Made by a program: the position numbers and the translations under genes. DNA of 64,000 nucleotides from Dehalococcoidia bacterium. Its GTDB lineage: Bacteria; Chloroflexota; Dehalococcoidia; Lucifugimonadales; UBA3495. Below are positions 44,481 to 54,133 of the stretch, piece after piece. The number at the start of each line of letters is the position of its first letter. Positions within the stretch are counted from its first letter, which is position 1. A model generated the notes under the pieces. The model saw only the letters and a program-made list of their open reading frames with translations. It ran no database searches and was not told the origin of the DNA. The stretch is taken from positions 3,007,024 through 3,071,023 of the forward strand of contig OY761558.1 in the NCBI GenBank assembly GCA_963664725.1, in the 5' to 3' direction.

Positions 44481-47400
44481 CTATGCCAGCTCCATGCATT
44501 GGTCAAGGAACTCGTTCACTTTCTTCGTGAGGCGCACCCAGTTCAGTGTTTCAAGCAACTGCCGCTTGAGGATTTCGGGGTCCGTTGTACGAGTCTCTGC
44601 CCCAATGAGTGCCAGCATTGCGGCGACTTCATCGGGTGGAAGCTCTTCCAACTCCCGGGGGCCGCGTTCTCGGAGGAAGACCTCGGGAGTGCCAGGCTCT
44701 CTCAGCACAAGCTGCTGTTGCCCTTCCTTCTTGAGTGGATTCGTAGCAATCAGCAACCCCTTTCTAATTGCTTCTGCGCAGGCTTGATTCAGCGCCTTAC
44801 GAGCCGGGGCCGTCAATCGCTGACTTCCGGATGCCCGGTTGATCAAGCGATAGGCGCGAATGGCAACCACAGGTCCTTCACGCACGGCAACGTCCGCCAA
44901 TAGAGAAACCAAGTGGTCCCTTTCAGCAATTCTTGGGTCAGGAACCAAGTCAGCCGGTTCCCATTCTACGTATCGTGCCAGGCGACCAGCACCGTCCGAA
45001 TCCGAGGGTATTGGCACCAGATGCGGCGGCGCAGATTGCGGATAGGGAGAGACCAGTTCTCCATCGTAATGAGGTCTGAATGGGCTGGAAGGGTCTCCCT
45101 GCTGCCATAGCATTTCTGACTCGATGGATTGCTGGTCGGCTTCATCATTGACAGGCGGTTCTGTCCGACTTGCCCCGTTTCGGCGCATCTCTTCTTCACT
45201 GTTGGGAAAGACCTGGCGGCGTTCAAGAGTCTTCCAAAGATCGGTCAGCGCCTCGTGGGGGTCGAGGCGGAATACTCCTTCACGGACCCGCCAGAATTCC
45301 CAGCCGCAGCGTTCCAGGTCGCGCTGGCGTGCGGCGTCCGCCTCGTAGCGGTCCGGGCCGTGCCAGGCATCACCATCACATTCCACGGCCAGGCTTCCGT
45401 CCAAACCCTGCACGACCAGATCGATTCTATAGTCCCCTACCTCCACCTGTGGGATTACCCGATACCCCCGGCGGGCGATGGCCAGAAAGATGTCCAACTC
45501 GAACCAGCTATCGAACGGCGCCGGAGGACTTACGAACTGGCGGTCAGCTTGCAAGGCCATCGCTTCAAGCTGGGGCACGTCCAGTCCTGACACATCTGAA
45601 ATCGCCACCCTGGGGTTGGAGCAGTACTCAAGGAGTTGATACCGTACGCATCTTGGATTCAGGTCTCCGAGAGTGGCGGTGTGGAAGAGATACATCTGGT
45701 CCCTGGCACGGCTTGCTGCCACATTGAATCGCCTCTGGGCCTCGTCGTCGGTCATCGCCGGGATGCGACGGTTCTCCTGGGGAGCCGAAACCAGGCTCAG
45801 GAACATGACATCGCGTTCGTCGCCCTGGAAGGCGTAGGCGTCCCCGCAAACGATCTGGCGGCGCTCCATTTCTTCGGGACCAAGCCGATTTATCAATAGC
45901 CTCTCGATCTCCCTGGCTTGAGCTTCACCCACCAGGCTGATGACGCCAAACGTCTTGTCTGCGTATGCCGAGTCTTCCTGAATTCGGGCAACCTCCGCGA
46001 TTATAGCTTCCGCTTCAGGCGGGTTCACCTGTCGCGAGCCAATTCCCCTCAGATAACCGTCGCTTACATGTCGGGTCAGGACCGTTGGCTCAAGACGCCC
46101 GGCTCCGTATTGCCGAAGCGGAACAAGCGGCTCGCCCTGATATGCCAGGTTGTTCGAAAACTGGATGATCTCGGGCATACATCTGAAATGCTCGCGCAGC
46201 CGGATCCGGCCACTGTACCGGATTTCCGCGAGATCAAAGAAACTCTGATTCACGCCGTATGCGTCGGCGTGTGGGAGGGCCGAGATATAACGTTCCCGGA
46301 GTTGGTTTACGTCCGCGAAGTTGACCCCGGCGTAGGTCGGCTGGATCTGCTTGTCGTCGCCAACAACCACGAGTTTCTTGGCCAGATAGGCAAGCAACAG
46401 TGCCTCGGGACCGGACTGGCTGGCCTCATCGATGATGGCGATGTCGAAGAGTTCAGACCCGGGTCTGATGGTCTCAGCCACACGGTGCAGCGGCATTACC
46501 CAGGCGGGTATCGCCGACCTGCTCTCGTTCATATGCTTTCGCGCATTGGCCCGATGTATCGGTGCATACTTCCCGGTGCCCCTTCCAATTGCACGCACCG
46601 CCTTTGACCAAGCGACCAAACTCTGGCGCTCTTGCTCCGTCATTCGATTGAAGCAGTGAGTCCAGGCTTTCTCAGCAGCCAGTTGTTCAAGCGCGCCGGC
46701 GATCCGGGCCCGGATATTCTCAAGTTCCATCCGCAACTGTTCCTCGGAACCAGGGGCGGATAGTCTCACCACCCAACTGTGCGCCCGGGAGCAGTTCCAA
46801 GCCCGCTCGAAATTCGATGCCCTTTCATCCCATATGGGGTCGCCAAATGTCTGTATGAGCCCTTGCGCCAGTTCCGGCGCGCCGTCCTGCAACCGGCGGA
46901 GCAGTGCTAACTTTCGGCTCAGCTGCGCATCGAGTTCGCGGTTTTCCACAGCCCGTCGCCTTGCGTCCCGGTATTTGGACGGGTCGCGCTCAATTACCGC
47001 GGCTCTCAGGTCCGCTGCGGACGCATCGATTCGCCCTCGAAGACTCTGCGTCCGTAGTTCTTCGAGGGTCCCATCAATCTCATTCCTTTCGAACTCGTAG
47101 AGGTGCGTGAATTCAATGGCGGCGACGGCATCGAATAGGTGGTCCAATGTTTTGGGGTCGGACCAGTCTGGTTCAATGCTTGTAGATGCGCGCCGGAGAA
47201 TCACGGACAATCTCCGGACCATAGCCAGCGCCGCGAATGCCTCATTTAGGGGCTCGCACAGGTCCCTGAGTTCGGCAACCTGATCCGCGAGGGTCAATGA
47301 CGCTATGCCATGATGGGGTGCCCAGCGTTCACGAATCCGCGTAAACTCTATCTCGGCCCGGAGCCGCGTCAGCAGGTCGCTCAAGGCATCGGGCGTCTCG

Positions 47401-49676
47401 CACAAACGTCCGCCGATCCGTAGACTTCGCACATAAGATGCTCGCTTAACGACGGGGGCGCGGAAGGGGCCGAATCCCCAACCTCCTCCGGCCCGGAGAT
47501 GACTGAGCAGGTCCCTGGCATCTCCTTCAAGTTGCTGAGGATCAACGGGTGGCTCGGGGCTGATCTGGTTCCTGTCGAGCCATTCCACATATTGTGCCGT
47601 GGATTCCACAACCCTCTTCGTATCTTCGTGCAAAAGGCGCCACGCACGCTCCAGGTCTCCTAGAACTTGCTGGGTTGCAGTCTTCGTCCAATTCAGCGGC
47701 CTGCGCTGTATTCGCTCGATAATCTGGACGACTTCACCTAACCCGTGAATGAAATCCTGGCGCTCTTGCTCAGACAGGTCCTGTAGAGCGCGATACTCTG
47801 GCCGCTGCCGGATCGACGCCTCCTCATCGTATTTACCGCGTGTCCACTCCTCGGACTGCACAGCACGATCGAACCACTCGGCGGTGGGCAAGGCATCAAT
47901 ATCAACGCTCATACATCCGTTGATTTCCCACTCCGTGATTCGCTCATTCCTGAGCAAAAACAGCAACTCCGCTAGCTCAGAAGCCGTCAAAGGAGGCTCG
48001 GCGTCTTCCGCTGCAACGGCGGGCAACCAAGACAGCTGGTCTCGCTCGCCCCGCAGACTTTCCGCGATGCGAGCCAGCGTTCCCGAGTACCCAAACTTTG
48101 CGTCGTGCTTCAGGGTCTCCCGCTCCCGCATCGAGCGGAGATCTTTGAACACTTCAGCTTGACGCCTCCGTGCTTGATCCAGGTCGTCTTCGAGCCGTTT
48201 GATCTCTCGCTCGCTGGCTCCGGGGTCCCATGTGTTTTGCCGGGTGGTGATTCCCTGGACGGACTCTTCCATTGCGAGCAACGCTTCCCGGTCGTCGCCA
48301 AGCAGTACAACGGAGAGCGGAGCAAGGTCCGGTGCCCTTTCGACGATCATGTTCCGGAGTACCTTCAGCGCGCGTACCGCGTGGCTGGTCACCAGTATGC
48401 GTTCACCTGTGGCGAGTGCGTGGCAGATCAGGTTGACGATGGTATGCGATTTACCCGTGCCCGGCGGACCCTGGACCAACACGCCCTGGTTAGTGGTCAA
48501 ACGCTCTACAATCTGCCGCTGCGCCTCATTGGCTGGGAGCGGGAAGAAAGTTTCTATGGGACCATGCCCGTTGACACTCCCGTTTGGAAAGCCGGTGGGC
48601 CGTAGATCGTCGGACACACTGATGAAGCGCGATACGCCTTCCGGAACAGGCTCGCCAGAGACAAGCTGTGCGATGATCTCCTCGAAGGCCCGGATATATG
48701 ACCGTTCCGTTCTTTGCCGCAATATGAGCGCCGGAGCCAGATGTACGTTCGGTTTTCGGTCCGCGCGCTCTGGTGGGTCGAGTGCGGCGCTGTACTCGCC
48801 TATGGCAGCTACGGAATTCACCCAACTGTTGAGCAGGTCGTCAAGCGGACCTGCATCCCACAGCGAATCGCCAAGCCCCTCCAAGTCCCCTTCTATAGAG
48901 TTCAGAACCTGCGGGTCGGGACGGTTCTGGGGGTCCAGCATGTCCTGCTCCAATGAAGGACGTGCGCCTTCACCCGCAGGAACGACCGTCAGCGTTCCAC
49001 TCGTGCTGTCGAACACGACGCTGACACGGGCGCTTACCAGGTGGCGGCGTACCGCGTGACCGTCAGGTGTTTTCCAGTTCAGGAAGCCAAGCCCGAAAAC
49101 GACCTCGAAGCTCTCTCCGAGGCGTTGCTGCCTCTGGAACATGGAGAAGACTGACGTGTAGGCCTTTTCGACCTGCTGCTCGCGCCGGTCGCGGTCTGCC
49201 CAATGCCACCACTGGTTCTCGATGTACGCGTCCCACGCCTTCTTTACGTCAGGGTAGTCTTCCAGGCTGCGGGGCGGGTCGTCATCAGCTTCACCCGGCA
49301 GGGTTTCGTACAATCCCGGAGAGTCAAGGGATGAATCGCCTAGTTGGTCGCGCCGAACCCAGGGGTCCACTAGTTCGGGCGGTTCCGGTGGTTGCGACGG
49401 GCGTGGCTTCCGAATTTCCACCCACACTTCGTCGGACGAGGAGGAGGAGAGTCTGTCCCATGCAATGCAATAGCAGCCGCCCTCCCTCGGAATTTCAGAT
49501 GCCCACAGGACCTGTCCTTCCCGCTCATATTGTGAAACATCGCGGGTGATCTTGGTACGGAGCTGCGCAAATTCCTTTAGGAAGGAATACAGGGCGATTG
49601 CGTTTTCACGCTCGGTCAAGGCAGTCCTCGGTGGTCTGGCCAGAGGGCAACGGGAGAGTCGTGTTGTCGCTTCCAC
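44481..49676 (-). CDS. 1731-aa Upf1/DNA2-like SF1 helicase fused to a DUF559/Vsr-like endonuclease and a DUF3320-like tail
   Basis: Motif I is VQGPPGTGKSHTIVNLI, motif II is AIIDEASQSGPE, and late motifs are FQGDERDVMFLSLV and FNVAASRARDQMYLF. The nuclease core is SWFELDIFLAIARRGYRVIPQVEVGDYRIDLVV...LAVECDGDAWHG...ARQRDLERCGWEFWRV. Confidence 0.85.
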   Translation of the reverse strand: MEATTRLSRCPLARPPRTALTERENAIALYSFLKEFAQLRTKITRDVSQYEREGQVLWASEIPREGGCYCIAWDRLSSSSSDEVWVEIRKPRPSQPPEPPELVDPWVRRDQLGDSSLDSPGLYETLPGEADDDPPRSLEDYPDVKKAWDAYIENQWWHWADRDRREQQVEKAYTSVFSMFQRQQRLGESFEVVFGLGFLNWKTPDGHAVRRHLVSARVSVVFDSTSGTLTVVPAGEGARPSLEQDMLDPQNRPDPQVLNSIEGDLEGLGDSLWDAGPLDDLLNSWVNSVAAIGEYSAALDPPERADRKPNVHLAPALILRQRTERSYIRAFEEIIAQLVSGEPVPEGVSRFISVSDDLRPTGFPNGSVNGHGPIETFFPLPANEAQRQIVERLTTNQGVLVQGPPGTGKSHTIVNLICHALATGERILVTSHAVRALKVLRNMIVERAPDLAPLSVVLLGDDREALLAMEESVQGITTRQNTWDPGASEREIKRLEDDLDQARRRQAEVFKDLRSMRERETLKHDAKFGYSGTLARIAESLRGERDQLSWLPAVAAEDAEPPLTASELAELLFLLRNERITEWEINGCMSVDIDALPTAEWFDRAVQSEEWTRGKYDEEASIRQRPEYRALQDLSEQERQDFIHGLGEVVQIIERIQRRPLNWTKTATQQVLGDLERAWRLLHEDTKRVVESTAQYVEWLDRNQISPEPPVDPQQLEGDARDLLSHLRAGGGWGFGPFRAPVVKRASYVRSLRIGGRLCETPDALSDLLTRLRAEIEFTRIRERWAPHHGIASLTLADQVAELRDLCEPLNEAFAALAMVRRLSVILRRASTSIEPDWSDPKTLDHLFDAVAAIEFTHLYEFERNEIDGTLEELRTQSLRGRIDASAADLRAAVIERDPSKYRDARRRAVENRELDAQLSRKLALLRRLQDGAPELAQGLIQTFGDPIWDERASNFERAWNCSRAHSWVVRLSAPGSEEQLRMELENIRARIAGALEQLAAEKAWTHCFNRMTEQERQSLVAWSKAVRAIGRGTGKYAPIHRANARKHMNESRSAIPAWVMPLHRVAETIRPGSELFDIAIIDEASQSGPEALLLAYLAKKLVVVGDDKQIQPTYAGVNFADVNQLRERYISALPHADAYGVNQSFFDLAEIRYSGRIRLREHFRCMPEIIQFSNNLAYQGEPLVPLRQYGAGRLEPTVLTRHVSDGYLRGIGSRQVNPPEAEAIIAEVARIQEDSAYADKTFGVISLVGEAQAREIERLLINRLGPEEMERRQIVCGDAYAFQGDERDVMFLSLVSAPQENRRIPAMTDDEAQRRFNVAASRARDQMYLFHTATLGDLNPRCVRYQLLEYCSNPRVAISDVSGLDVPQLEAMALQADRQFVSPPAPFDSWFELDIFLAIARRGYRVIPQVEVGDYRIDLVVQGLDGSLAVECDGDAWHGPDRYEADAARQRDLERCGWEFWRVREGVFRLDPHEALTDLWKTLERRQVFPNSEEEMRRNGASRTEPPVNDEADQQSIESEMLWQQGDPSSPFRPHYDGELVSPYPQSAPPHLVPIPSDSDGAGRLARYVEWEPADLVPDPRIAERDHLVSLLADVAVREGPVVAIRAYRLINRASGSQRLTAPARKALNQACAEAIRKGLLIATNPLKKEGQQQLVLREPGTPEVFLRERGPRELEELPPDEVAAMLALIGAETRTTDPEILKRQLLETLNWVRLTKKVNEFLDQCMELA

Positions 49677-49693
49677 GAATGGAAACCACTTGG

Positions 49694-49849
49694 CTAATTT
49701 CTGATGACGGTTTCCTTCCCATCCAGTCGCTTCAATTCGCGGGTCAAGGCCTGAACCACCAACTGAGTAAGGGAAATGCGAAGCCTGGCCGCTTCTGCCT
49801 TGGCCTCAGCATGGAGAGCTTCTGGGAGATTTAAGGTCGTCTTCTGCAT
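49694..49849 (-). CDS. Ribbon-helix-helix (CopG/Arc-like) protein immediately upstream of the giant helicase
   Basis: MQKTTLNLPEALHAEAKAEAARLRISLTQLVVQALTRELKRL follows the strand-helix-helix pattern. Its stop is 17 nt before the helicase start. Confidence 0.55.
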   Translation of the reverse strand: MQKTTLNLPEALHAEAKAEAARLRISLTQLVVQALTRELKRLDGKETVIRN

Positions 49850-50108
49850 TTCCAAGGGTCCGCTCCTAACTGGCAACAACAGTTACAGATTACCATATCG
49901 CTGTTTTTCTGTCGTCATCACTTGGAAGGGGAGGCCGGGGCAGCAGTTGAGTGCCCTCAAGCCCTTCGGCGAGTTACGGTTCTTTGCTTGTCGCTGATGT
50001 TAATGACGGCTACGCCTACGTGGCAACCGGGCCGTAGTTGCTACGCGCCGCGCCTGTACTGACACTTGCCGGCTGACGGCGGCGGCCCCCGGCTGATACG
50101 CTGGAGGC

Positions 50109-51814
50109 ATGGCATTCTCACGCGAGCGCATCCTGGACGCCCTGGCCCTGCTGCCCTTCATAGACGCGGGGGAACTGGTGATGATCCTGGGCGAAGCCCA
50201 CATTGCCATCCACCGGGGGCTTACCGCCCTGCTGGACTACGGCACCGTGGAGCGCGTCAGCCACGGCACCGCCCACCTGCCGTCGAGCAAACGGTACTAC
50301 TTGACGAGGAAAGGGATCCCCGAGGCTGCCGATGCCCTCGGCTACGACACGCCCTCGGACTTCGTGCGGCCTACCCGGCGTCCAGGGAGTGGCTCACTTT
50401 GCTCATCCGCCGGATGGACGCCGTGGCCACGGTCTACCGCGTGGCCGCGTCCCTGTCTCCCGGGACCGACGGGCTGCGGACGCAGGTGGATTTCCACCGC
50501 CGGGGCCGGTTCTACGCGGTTATCACTCTCCATAATGGCCGCAGCTTCGGGGTGGTGCGCCAGGGTCCGGCGCTCAGGCGCCGCTCCCTCTACGACCGGC
50601 TGAGGGGCATCGCCGAGTACGGGTACCGGCGCCGCCCCGGCACGGTCCTGGTGCTGACCCCCAGCGTCTGGGAACAGAAGCTGACAACCCGGTTCTGCGA
50701 GCGGCTGAACATCGACGACTGCTACGTGGCGGTGGAGTCCCGGGATGCGTTGGAGGACCGGAACCGCAACGTCTGGCGCTACACATCGTGGCTCTTTGGC
50801 AGCCTGCCCTACTCGCTGGAGTTCATCAGCACTCGCGGCCGCCCGAACCGGGGGCGTGTCACGGAAGCGCCGGAGCGCAAGCGGGCCTCGCTGCCCGACC
50901 CGCAGCGGATGGTATCGTCGGCGCCGGCCTTCGCCCTGACCCCGTCGGAAAAGCGGACGCTGGACCTGATCACCGACCACCCGATGCTTCCCCGGGAGCA
51001 CCTGGCCCGCTGGCTGGGAGTGTCCGAGGGGAGGGTCAGCCAGATGCTGCACAACCTGGTGAACGCCTGCGGCCTCGTGGAACGCCGGGGCAAGCGCGGC
51101 GACGTGCGCTACACACTGTCGGAGGAGGGCATACGCTACGTCACCCGCCGGGACCGGGCGGAACTGCCGACGACGCGGGGCATCTGGAGCACGGAGCTAA
51201 CCACGGACAAACGCGGGCGCACACGGCACCTGGGCCACCGCATCGAGACCTTGGCGCGGCAGACCAGGCACGCCGACGGTGTTACCTGGTTCCTGGCGGA
51301 GCTGGCTGCCGAAGCGCGGGCTACAACATACTCCGAGCTTACGTGGTCCATCCCCACGGCCAAGACCGACCGGGCCTTCGACTGGGGGGAGTCGGCCATC
51401 GCCCCCGACGCCGTGGGCCATCTCATTGTTGACGGTCTGCACGTTCCCTTCTACCTGGAGCACGAGCTGCGCGCCCGCCATCCCAAGGGAGTGCTGGCCC
51501 GGCTGCGGCCCTACACCCGCTACTACCACTCCAACGCTCCCGGGGAGGACATGGCCCCGTTCCCCACCACGCTATTCGTGGTAGACAACGAGGAAGTGGA
51601 GGAGACCTACGCGAGGACGGCGGCCCAGATGAACCTGATGACGCTGCCCATCCTGGTGTCATCCGCAGACACCTTGACCCGGCGCGGGCTGCTGGGGCGG
51701 TCCTGGCGTCCCCTGTGGGAGTCGCGCTCCCCGAGGCTGGCGCTGTCGGGACTGCGGGCCTACCAGTGGGACTCCCTGCGGCACCGGATGCGTCCAATAG
51801 AGGGGGTTACGTGA
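50109..51814 (+). pseudogene. Replication-relaxation family protein (two wHTH modules), frameshifted near 50365..50372
   Basis: Frame A reads MAFSRERILDALALLPFIDAGELVMILGEAHIAIHRGLTALLDYGTVERV...SDFVR. The sense then continues in the frame of ORF 50066 with AYPASREWLTLLIRRMDAVATVYRVAAS...PDAVGHLIVDGLHVPFYLEHELRARHP. There is no start codon at the junction. Confidence 0.65.
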
Positions 51815-52074
51815 TGGGGCAACTGACGCAGCCCCATCCGCCCTCTACGCCCGCTGGGTGTCCAAGATTGTCCCGGGAGGCCCAAAACCAGTGGTTAGGG
51901 GAGGCCGAAAAGGCCTGAAATGGGCTGGTTTCAGCTACGAAATGGGGTTGACGCATCGCCTGAACAGTCAGTAGCAAAAATGAAAAGCGGGACTAAAATA
52001 CCCGGGGTAAAATGTACCGGAATTGGACAACTTGCAACCCCCCGACGTGTCAGCCCATAGCGAGGTGAAAGGCG

Positions 52075-52539
52075 ATGGCAGAGCAAGTCCGCTGGGTGTC
52101 CAAGATGGAGGCATCGGAGGAGTTGGAGGTCTCCATGTCCACCCTGGACCGGATGATCCGGCGTGGCGAGGTCGAGGTTCGGCGGGAGGGGCGGCGGGTG
52201 TACGTGCGGATGGAGGGGCCGGAGTACCCAAGCGATGAGGAACTGCTGTACCGGTCCCTCGCCAGGGAGGAGGAGCTCCAACGAACTGTGCGGGAGTTGG
52301 AGCAGAGCGTATCCGAGTGGCAGTTCCGAGCGTCCGAGTTGGAGCGAGAGCGGGACGAGGCCCGGGAGTCCGCCGCCAACGCCAACCGGCCTTACCACGA
52401 GCTTGAGATGGAGCACCGGAAGGAGGTCAATGCGCACAAGGATACGAAAGAGGCACTCAGCGCAGCCCGCGTAGGCGCCCTGGTGCTGCTTGTGCTGCTG
52501 GTCGGCCTCGTTCTCCTGTGGTGGTTTGTGCTGAGGTAG
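52075..52539 (+). CDS. Excisionase/MerR-type HTH protein with a coiled coil and a C-terminal TM helix
   Basis: GAGGTG RBS. ASEELEVSMSTLDRMIRRGEVEV is an Xis-type HTH. The Glu/Arg coiled coil ends in VGALVLLVLLVGLVLLWWFVL. Confidence 0.65.
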   Translation: MAEQVRWVSKMEASEELEVSMSTLDRMIRRGEVEVRREGRRVYVRMEGPEYPSDEELLYRSLAREEELQRTVRELEQSVSEWQFRASELERERDEARESAANANRPYHELEMEHRKEVNAHKDTKEALSAARVGALVLLVLLVGLVLLWWFVLR

Positions 52540-52818
52540 GGACCCTGGCGCCGGGTTGCCGCCGGATGGTGAATGGAAACGGGCGACTGGCAGGACAGAA
52601 GTATCGGTGGAAAACCCAGCCACGTGGGAAGAGATGACGGTTGCCCTTGGCACCGTCCTTGAAACGGGCGACCTGGGTTGCGTCATGGGTATAATTGGGT
52701 AGACGGCCCGTTCCCACCTGCGGCGGGAGTCGGGCGGTTTACGCAGACGCTGGTATAGTTGATTTTGGTCTAATAGTCCCTGATCTCTCGGACAAGCGAG
52801 CTGCCAGAAAGGAGAAAA

Positions 52819-53769
52819 ATGCCGCAAATAAGTGCGCTGGAACCCGTGAGCTTGAGGCAGGTATGGAGCGACGAAGCCCGTGACTTCACACCCTGGCTGA
52901 AAGACCATCTGCAAATGCTGGGGACCAAACTAAACCTCACATTGGAACTTGTGGCGGCGGAAGCCGCTTTGCCCGGAGCCGGGCGAGTGGACATCATTGT
53001 GGAACAGGCTAGCACCAAGGCCAGGGTGGTGATTGAAAACCAGTTGGAAGTATCCGACGACTCCCACTGCCTTAGGCTGTTGGGATACGCGGCCAACGCT
53101 GACGCCAACATCCTGGTTTGGGTGGCACAGGACTTCACTGACTACCACCGCAGCATCCTGTCCTGGCTCAACGAAAGTGACAACATCGCGGTGTATGCCG
53201 TGGCGGTGAGGGCTTACCGGGTGGGGGACGCCATAGCCGCCGACTTCCAGCTGGTGGTCGAACCACCGCAATCGCAACCGGGAGCAGCATCCACATTTAA
53301 CAGAGTTACCACGAACACATACTACGCCGACTTCTATCGCCCGGTGGTAGCGCAACTACGGAGGTCGGGAATGGTCCCGGTAAGCCGGGGCGGATGGAGG
53401 GGCCGGTGGCGGTCCTTCGAAACCGGACATCCCCAAGTGGTCTACGGCGCCGGGTTGAGCGAGGACAAGGCGTGGGCCTTCCTGTCCGTAAACGGTGTCC
53501 ATAACCAGTATATCTATCACACGTTGACCCAACACTGCGGCCAGATAGGTGCCGAATTGGAAGGCTGTGTAGAGTGGGTACAGGGAGAGAACGAATCCTG
53601 GGTAGGGCTGCAAACGCCAGCGGCGCTCAGCGATCCAATGATAAACCTTGAAGCCCTAGGAGAATGGATCACTGAGAATCTGTTACGCCTGAAGTCGGTA
53701 ACACAATCTTACTTGGATCAAGTGATGAACGACGGAACCTCCTCGCCCGACGACGAGGAGGCAGAATGA
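52819..53769 (+). CDS. PD-(D/E)XK-like nuclease N-domain plus DUF4268-like C-domain protein (paralog B)
   Basis: AAAGGAG RBS. Motifs: RVDIIVEQ...VVIENQLEVSDDSHCLRLLGYAA...LVWVAQDFTDYHRSILSWLN. It is colinear with 26340..27311. Confidence 0.75.
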   Translation: MPQISALEPVSLRQVWSDEARDFTPWLKDHLQMLGTKLNLTLELVAAEAALPGAGRVDIIVEQASTKARVVIENQLEVSDDSHCLRLLGYAANADANILVWVAQDFTDYHRSILSWLNESDNIAVYAVAVRAYRVGDAIAADFQLVVEPPQSQPGAASTFNRVTTNTYYADFYRPVVAQLRRSGMVPVSRGGWRGRWRSFETGHPQVVYGAGLSEDKAWAFLSVNGVHNQYIYHTLTQHCGQIGAELEGCVEWVQGENESWVGLQTPAALSDPMINLEALGEWITENLLRLKSVTQSYLDQVMNDGTSSPDDEEAE

Positions 53770-54133
53770 AGTTGACGGTACTGATGGCCGTGGCGCGACC
53801 CGGTCACCTGCCGAACTTCGTGGCTTCTCGTATGTGTGCTGCTATACAGGGACGGACAGCGTACGTTGCTGGAGGCCGTGTGTCGCTGGATATGTGATGG
53901 GGGGCATTTGCGGGATCATTCTTTGGCCGACGGACGCAGTACCTGTTCATTGGGTTTTACAAATATTGGTTTCCGAGGCATTGCGACCAGATAGACCGGG
54001 TAATGCAGATACCGAACATATCCTCAGCCGGGGGGGCCCAGCTCCAAGACCGAATTCATGAGGGCGACACGGTACTTCTTACAAATGATCCCGGCCCTAC
54101 AATGGTCTGACAGGTAGCTATCACCTGAAGCCC

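Noticed and set aside
50066-50108. Start of the 582-aa ORF at 50066.
   Set aside because: The first ~100 aa in that frame are Arg/Pro/Gly junk. The sensible N-terminus (MAFSRERILDALALLPF...) is in the frame of ORF 50109, which requires a frameshift near 50370.
53834-54061. 75-aa Cys-rich ORF between the DUF4268 paralog and gene 54134.
   Set aside because: No RBS, odd composition and no recognisable feature. It is probably intergenic.
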